Assembly: GCA_000934665.2 (NCBI GenBank)
Contig: KZ539334.1
Span: forward strand, 1 to 57,381
Source of the DNA: Catajapyx aquilonaris
Lineage: Eukaryota
Length of the DNA: 57,381 nucleotides
Reading direction: 5' to 3'
The notes beneath the pieces were generated by a model, which saw nothing but the letters and a program-made list of their open reading frames with translations, searched no databases and had not been told where the DNA came from. The position numbers and the translations under genes are program-made. Below are positions 50,297-57,381 of the stretch, in pieces (the stretch's first letter is position 1; the number at the start of each line of letters is the position of its first letter).

Positions 50297-53200
50297 CCCG
50301 CGAGAAGTGCGTTAGAATTTTTAAATATTACTACTGCCATCACTGCAACAATCGTAACACCTGAAACAGAAAGATGAGAATCACACAGTAACATTACGAC
50401 AACTTTTCATTGAACGTTGGCTCCACTGGTCCCCAATCTTATAAGGCGTCATCCAGAAGCGTCATAGGCTAAAGCAGACAATGGCCGCCTGTGACAGAGG
50501 AGGGGCTTCATTCAAATTTATAGGGCTTCCTCAATCAAACCTTCGCACAAAGACTTGAAATTTCAATTAGCAACGACAGACCGGTGTTAGTGGAAAAGAA
50601 GGGGTGGAGGATATAAGGGAGGGGGTAACTTCTTTATGCCACAGAGGATATAAAAAAAAGACTTGCGGATGGCAGATCATCGGCGTAAATTTACACGTTT
50701 AATCTTTCGCACTGTCTCATTAAAAACGTTTTGCATGTCAAAGGAAGTCGTAGCTTTTTCCTGCGTAATCATTACGCAGTTGGAGGGTGTATGCTCAGGT
50801 TTTTTTCCCCCCTTCCTAATGCCCCTAGCCACAGAAAAGAGGGGGGTCGATGAGAAGGGGGTGTGTGGAGGTAAATGAAAATGAAAAATGCTGGCCAATG
50901 GCGATATGCCTATCACAGCTTCACAGTAGCCCAAATGCAAGAGGGGAGATTTTTTCCCCCCATTATTTAAATACTGGGCCTTTTTATTATTATTCTAGAT
51001 TCAATCCCTAAAGGTATGGGAAAAAAAGGTACAACTATAGCGCAAACGCTATTGTTCGCATGTAACTAGCCCCTTAGCGCTTGGTGTCACCGACTAAAAC
51101 GTTGTACAGCACATTAATATAACTGAAAATACTGAACTGAAGTGGCTTTGGCTTTCAGTGGACCAGAGCTTGGAGGGGGATAAAATTACAGTCGAAATGT
51201 ACGCTATCATGGAAGGGACGCTCTCTAAATCGTCGCACTCTCCCCTGTCCATCCTGGAGATGAATGTGTTTTCGCAACGACTATCCCCGTACCGTCAAAA
51301 TATCGCCTTTTATTTATGGACTACTTTGTTAATCCCACTGCCTCGGCACATTTCCAACCCACCCCCCAGAAATTCCGGAATTGACCTCACCAGCTTGTCA
51401 ACTATTTTCCACCCCTATACGGAAAATTGTCTATTTACCACAACTGATGGGGAACACCCTAGGAAAAAGAAGAGTATGCGTTGCAAATAATTAGAAGAGA
51501 TGTGCATTCCCCAGCAAGGAACTTCCAGGGTGAGGGTTCCAAAAGCGCGCTCATAAAAGCCCCTCTTCTGTATATACTGGCAATTGCAAGGATATTGACC
51601 CAATGCAAACCCTCCCCTCCCTTTCCACCCATCCCCACCTTCCCCTAGTCCTCTGGCAATTCTGAGGCTGTCTGCTAGCCATATAGTCATGTAGTGAGTG
51701 CAGGCTGCTCCGGAACCGCCGTGTAATTGCTTTATGAGTGACTGTATGAGGCATATAATAATGATCCAAAAAAAAATGGCTTGACAGGGTCGGAAATAAA
51801 AGTAAAGTTTGATACCCTGCAATATTTGGGTTCGGTTATGTTAGTATTGACGTCGCTAATCAATTATTAATGAGGGAAAGTATGCGCACACGTGGCCAAA
51901 ATGCAGATTCCCCTCCATGTGCAAGCATTTGTGCACTAAATTTACAAATTACACGGTTGATTATTGCCCACACGGCAAAATTAATAATCTTTGTGGCGTG
52001 TTCCTGTTGTCAATGTGCCCCCCACCCTGCCTCCCCCCCCTCTACTTTTTTCCCACTTCCGCAAAAAACAATGCCAATTGGGCTTTTATTATCGCACAAT
52101 TTCGGGAGCATAATGCAATGGGTGCGGAACAGGCAATCTGAGTGTCCCTAACTCAGATGGCCCTTCTCATTTTACCGGGAAACTGGCAGTTTTCGGCGTT
52201 AATGTTGAAGCGGGGTGACTATAAAAAGGGGGGAGGATTGAATTGGTAGGGGAAAAAAGAGTGGGATAATATCAAGCCTTCTTTAGTGCCACGTATGTAG
52301 GAATTTTTTTAATATTGCGCGAATTTCCTCGCAATATAACTTATATTGGACAATACCCTTAGTACTATCCAGAAGAAGCTAAAAAAAAAATCTTATCTCA
52401 CCTCGAAAGTTCCTCCGGTTCTTTTCTTGTAGTGGAAATCAATTTCAGTCCCAACTCGAATAAGGAAAGGGCGTGAAATAAATTTTTCCTATCAGCACGG
52501 TAAATTCCCCACAGGTTCTGCAGCAAATCTGTGCTTGGGCTTGGAAGCTATGACTTCAAGGGCGGTTTTCTTCAAGGCCAGTGTCTCCACAGTTACCGAG
52601 GAAGAACGTCCCCGTTTTTTGGCCAAACTCAATTTCCTATCGTCCTAACCCCCCTTTTTCTCGTTGCTCTGATAGAGACAATAAAAGGGCTTCATTCCGA
52701 GCGTTGTGAAAAGGGAAGCCTCATAAATACACGCCTGATTCTTGGATTGTACCATCTCTGAAGGGAATGTGTAATATATTGGCAATAAAAGTGAGGGCCG
52801 AGGGGCAAAAATGCCATTTGGTGGGTGTCTGCCTTCCCATTTATAATATCAACCCTGGCTCATCATTTGATTATGATTATTAGTCTTATCAGCTAAAGAG
52901 CAAGTGTGTGGGGGAGAGAAAACAAACGGAACTGTATTATACCTGTTATTAGGTTTCGTGAGATTTCTTATCAAAATTAGGAACCTTTCCGACCGAAGAG
53001 CTATTTTTTGTGTCACTTTTCATCCGCTTACAACATGTCGTCTTTAAACACACAAAATGATGTATTATTACACGCTTTTGTGTTTAGTGCACTTTGGCGA
53101 AAATAATGAAGCAAGACAGCCATGTAATTGGATGCGAATAAGAAGAAATTCGCGTGAATCGTGGGCACCCAAGTGGAATTCATTTTCTAGATAATCCAGC

Positions 53201-55811
53201 TCTAATATTTGGCCTTGCAGTTGATTACATAGTGAGGGCAGAAAATTCTGGCTTGCTAGCTAATTATGAATATTTTGGACTCAATGGACTTCACCAGACG
53301 ACATAGCATAAAAAAGTTAGTGTGAATTTCTCCTGTTCTTACACATACCTTATTTACTTGCCAATATATATTTTGGTCGATATGTCCTTAAAAGCTTTTC
53401 AGATTCCGATTGTACAGAGCCTGAGAGATCCATCGTATTGCTTAAACTGCACGCGCCTTATAAATGCTTCTGATCCATTCGATTGTCCCACGCCCATAAA
53501 ACCAAGCACGTATCAGTTCTTTTCAGTTCCAACCCCATTTCCAGTGTGCACAGTACTTTAGGAGTCGCCCTCGCAAAGGAAGCCCCCGACGTGATTCAGA
53601 ATTCAAACGTGAAGAGACTTAATGAGAGACAGTAGGGTGTGTTTTTGAAAGAAAAAAAAAAGAGTAGGACCCACCCAACCTCCCCCCTTTTTTGGGGAAA
53701 AAGAAAGGCAGCAGGAGATAAATTACGTTCATTATGGGCCAGCGTCACAGGCAGTGTTCAGGCCGTGAATAGAGTGGCCATGCGCAACTGGCCCCTCATT
53801 TGTCTTAGATTTATGGACGTTAATTGAGACGTCACGTATAATTGGCGGATTGGACCGTTGCGCTTCAGGTTGGCCAACTATACGCTTCTGATCTGGTTTG
53901 GATTTGCATCTCTTTATGGACCGAGACAATACTCAAGCTGCAGTTATCTTATGCAATAATAGGGCTACTGGTGTTAGTTTTGTAATTTGTGCACGTGGCT
54001 TTTATATAAAGCCGGATTGGCCAAACTGCCCGCAATAATGCGGTTCCACGGTTTATTTGGCTTTGTTGTGGTATTGCTACCAGCTCTAAAACGTTGCAAC
54101 TCGTCATGGATCAACAGACCGTCTGGCGATTATGAGGCCCAAAATTATAATCACGCTAACAGTATGGAATTATTTTTTGCCTTACTTCTGGATTGGACGA
54201 GCGCAATACAGCAACCAGAGACCCACCCACACTGTAAACCACCCTGTATAATGTCAGAATAGTTCTTTACCCTCAGCTTATCCATCAAGATTTGTGAATA
54301 GGCAATGGGAGGGGAAAGTTACGTCTGTTTCTAAACAATATTTATTTGCGGCCCCTTTTTTCACTTCTGGAAGTTGATTGTACTGTAAAGCCCTCGGTGA
54401 TTGAGATGACGGTGAACAAAAACAGCATCTAACCCTGGTCCCTCACGGATGGTTACCACTGAAGGTAAGGCAACAAAAAACCAGCCGTAAATCTGCGCGT
54501 CCCATTTCAAACGTCACGTTGTTTGGCAATGCTCTTTTGCAGCTCGAGGGCTTAATTGAATGATTTGACAGCCGCGACTTTGCCAGTGAATTCCCAGCGA
54601 CTCTATCACAATGTCGCAGTGACTTTTGTGCCCAGCAAAATCCCCCTCCAAAAAATTATGAGCAATTAGAAATCGAATGCGATGCCACGAACTGAGCCGG
54701 AATGTGGTGGACACACACGTAATGTATGATAGTGCCTGCTTCTGTCATCGAAAACAGAAGCTGTATTCAAAGCCACGTTTCCCTTTGAGCCACAGTCCTC
54801 CCCTGCATTTGAAAAACGACTCCTCATTAATCACGAAAACCCCGCGCAGTTCAACTTGTCCGAACCAAAGAGTTCAGTAACTAACAACTTCCAGCGTTAT
54901 TAAAACTCGAAGCATGGATGCAGTTAGGGGGGGAACACGCATGAATAGACTCTTTCTATTTTTCTTATCTTGCTCATATGGCCCTGATATTTTATGTCCC
55001 TTTTTCTCCAATTACACTTTTCGGGTGAGAAACCCATGTTTGGCTGGTGTTTCTGAAACCCGACGCTACTAGACGCGATTTTCTTTTTTTTCCTTTTTTT
55101 AAAAAAGAGAGGGTTTTTATGAGTATAAAGGAGGCCTTTCAGAAAAGTGTGCGGGCTTCACGGCCCATGGACCCTGCATCAATTCATCACTCCCTTCCAC
55201 GGAATTTGATCCGAGCCTATTGAATTCAAGCTGCGACCAATCATCGCTGGCGCGGAACCTATGCCGCCGATTATCGAAATTAATGCGTGTCCGGGAAACC
55301 AAGCTTATATTTTTCAACCGTTTTTGGGGGATACCCACCATACAGAAGGAGTGTGCAAAAACTGCGTTCCCCTCGTTATGCTAGGTTGGGCTAATGTGTG
55401 GGTCGCACGGATATTGAAACGCGATTTTGGGAAGCGATAGTGGAATTAGCGAGCGACATTATGATCAGCAAGTTCTATCTATCTTTATAATAGTGAGCTG
55501 ATCTCCCCCCATTTGGAGGCCTCCGGCTTCTTGCTGCACCCTCTTTGATTGGAACAATTTCTGGAGGTGGGTTTGAACTGGGGACTGGGAAGGGCCTGGG
55601 GCCTATGCAAACGAGGCCTGCACTGCCACCAACTCCAAAGGCGGCAACATGGGAGATGAAACCGTCTTTTACTTGTAGATGAGCCGGTCAAAATCGATAA
55701 CACCCAAAGGACTGCTTCTAGTCCATCCCATATTTATTTTCTAACCTGAAATATTACAGCTACATTCCCTATAGCCATTTGCTCGATTCCATTACTCTAG
55801 CAGGTTTCTTC

Positions 55812-55812
55812 T

Positions 55813-55843
<31 letters not shown>
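55812..55843 (+). repeat. (CT)n microsatellite followed by T-run
   Basis: Direct reading. Confidence 0.85.
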
Positions 55844-56954
55844 GTTCTTCTGAGGTGACAGTTGAACAGACACGCAATTCAGTGGCTTGGCCATCAAGCT
55901 GACAGTTCGTAACGGGAAGGATCAGTCGCAAATTGGGTGGAGTGCACTGGGGATGGACAAGCTCAGAACACAACCCAAAAACTTCTTTTTTTGTTCTGAG
56001 AGTCTGTCTTCCAGACCTAGATTATATAGATTCTGGAGGGAAGGCTCAGGCACTTTCTCCGGAGACACAGTCGAGATGAATGGGGCTGGTAAAAGACGAC
56101 ATTTTACAACCTGGAATGACGGTTTCAGCTCAGCAGCTGCAAACCAGTTGGATCAACTTTATGTGGATAAAAAAGACCAGTTCCGAGTTATATTCAGGGG
56201 ACGCATTATTCCTCTTTTTTGCCAATAAATGGGCAAAAAGCCCTTCTTCCAACCGCCATCATTCCTAATCAGACTCCATTATGTAGCGTACAAGTGTGGT
56301 CAGAGACGATACGTTCACCCTCCCCCTCTGATGTAGGCGAAAAACTATTTGGGCTACTCATCTCGACCATTTGATAAGGGAATAGGATTCCGCATCCAGC
56401 AGGAAGGCTTCCTGAAGCCTGGTGCTTTTATATGACGACCCACGTCCCGCTCCTTATCGACACATTGACAAATAGTGTCGGTCGGCTGCAGAAAGGGCTC
56501 CCTTTTGCCTATAGGATGGGCTCATTTAGCGCCCTTAATGGGCAGTAGGTGACTGATCGCCTGAGTTGGCAGGTGATCACTCATGGATCAATTGCTTGCC
56601 TTTGGGGAAAAATAAAGGCTTTATCTGGAACTGATTTTGGAAATGGGGCCGGAGAAAGAGAGTTCAACCAGTCACCTGTACTGTACTGAGCGAAAAGGTG
56701 CGGGCAGGTGCATGTTGCTAGGGAATGTGTGATGTAAAAATCACATCACATTATTTTTATAGAAATCAATGTGTACATAAAATCACTGTATGACTTATGT
56801 TACCTATAGTACGCTAGTATAGGATCCCCAATTAAGGACCATTGCTACTATGTGCCCCGTGTAGCCTACATAATATGCCATCGGACTTCCTGAGATGTCG
56901 CTCAACATTGGCCGAGACTCATCCTTCTTTCCATCCAGCATCGAAAATCATATA

Positions 56955-57170
56955 AGGTGAAGTGGGGTAAGTGCATACACGGGGTAAGTGCATACACGGG
57001 GCCGCCATATTGGAATGAAAATGGCTGACGACACCAAAACACGTCAGGCACTCTTTTGTGTAGCTGCACATCACATCCCCACAACAGGTGAGCATGTCAG
57101 CCATTTTTATTCCAATATGGCGGCCAGTTTATGCACTTACCCCGTGTATGCACTTAACCCCACTTCACCT
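56955..57170. mobile_element. MITE (non-autonomous DNA transposon) with ~75-bp terminal inverted repeats
   Basis: 56953-57029 (TAAGGTGAAGTGGGGTAAGTGCATACACGGGG...AATGGCTGAC) is the near-perfect reverse complement of 57096-57172. TA on both sides; internal sub-repeat GGGGTAAGTGCATACAC x2; no ORF of note. Confidence 0.85.
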
Positions 57171-57381
57171 TAACAGACTTCCAGGCTCAAATAAAGCTCG
57201 ACAAGTATCTAAAATGTTAAGAAATAAAATTGAGAAAGAATATCCCGAATTTTCGAAAATACGGTGAACTTGGTTTCATGTTCTATAATAATAATAATAG
57301 TAGTTTATTAACCTCCTTTTGGGTAACCCCATATCAGGAGGGGGAAGCGGTTTACAAAGTGATCTCAGCGTGTTTCAGTAA

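Noticed and set aside
1..57381. CRISPR arrays, operons or prokaryotic defence systems
   Set aside because: The sequence is intron-containing eukaryotic DNA; no repeat-spacer arrays or dense ORF clusters are present.

Overview
Eukaryotic, most likely arthropod, genomic DNA from a draft assembly (one 168-N gap, isolated Ns inside poly-G/C tracts). The ORF track is almost all noise because the real coding sequence is split into exons. The main feature is a complete + strand, 10-exon Ryk/Derailed/Doughnut-family Wnt-receptor pseudokinase gene (ATG 2261, stop 33942, 1707 nt, 568 aa). It encodes a signal peptide, WIF domain, RRKK site, TM helix, kinase-like domain (HEGTFG/VMVK/HRDLAARN/DNA) and a C-terminal SQFV. 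It has an Inr+DPE-type core promoter, two uORFs and a 21-kb first intron. Downstream is a candidate 3-exon micro-gene (42021-42427, 77 aa, acidic/Pro-rich with a hydrophobic C-terminus) that I do not recognise. There is also a full-length tRNA-derived SINE with a 12-bp TSD, a MITE with ~75-bp TIRs, several short palindromes and microsatellites. I see no evidence of a novel multi-gene system; the orphan micro-gene is the best candidate for something undescribed.
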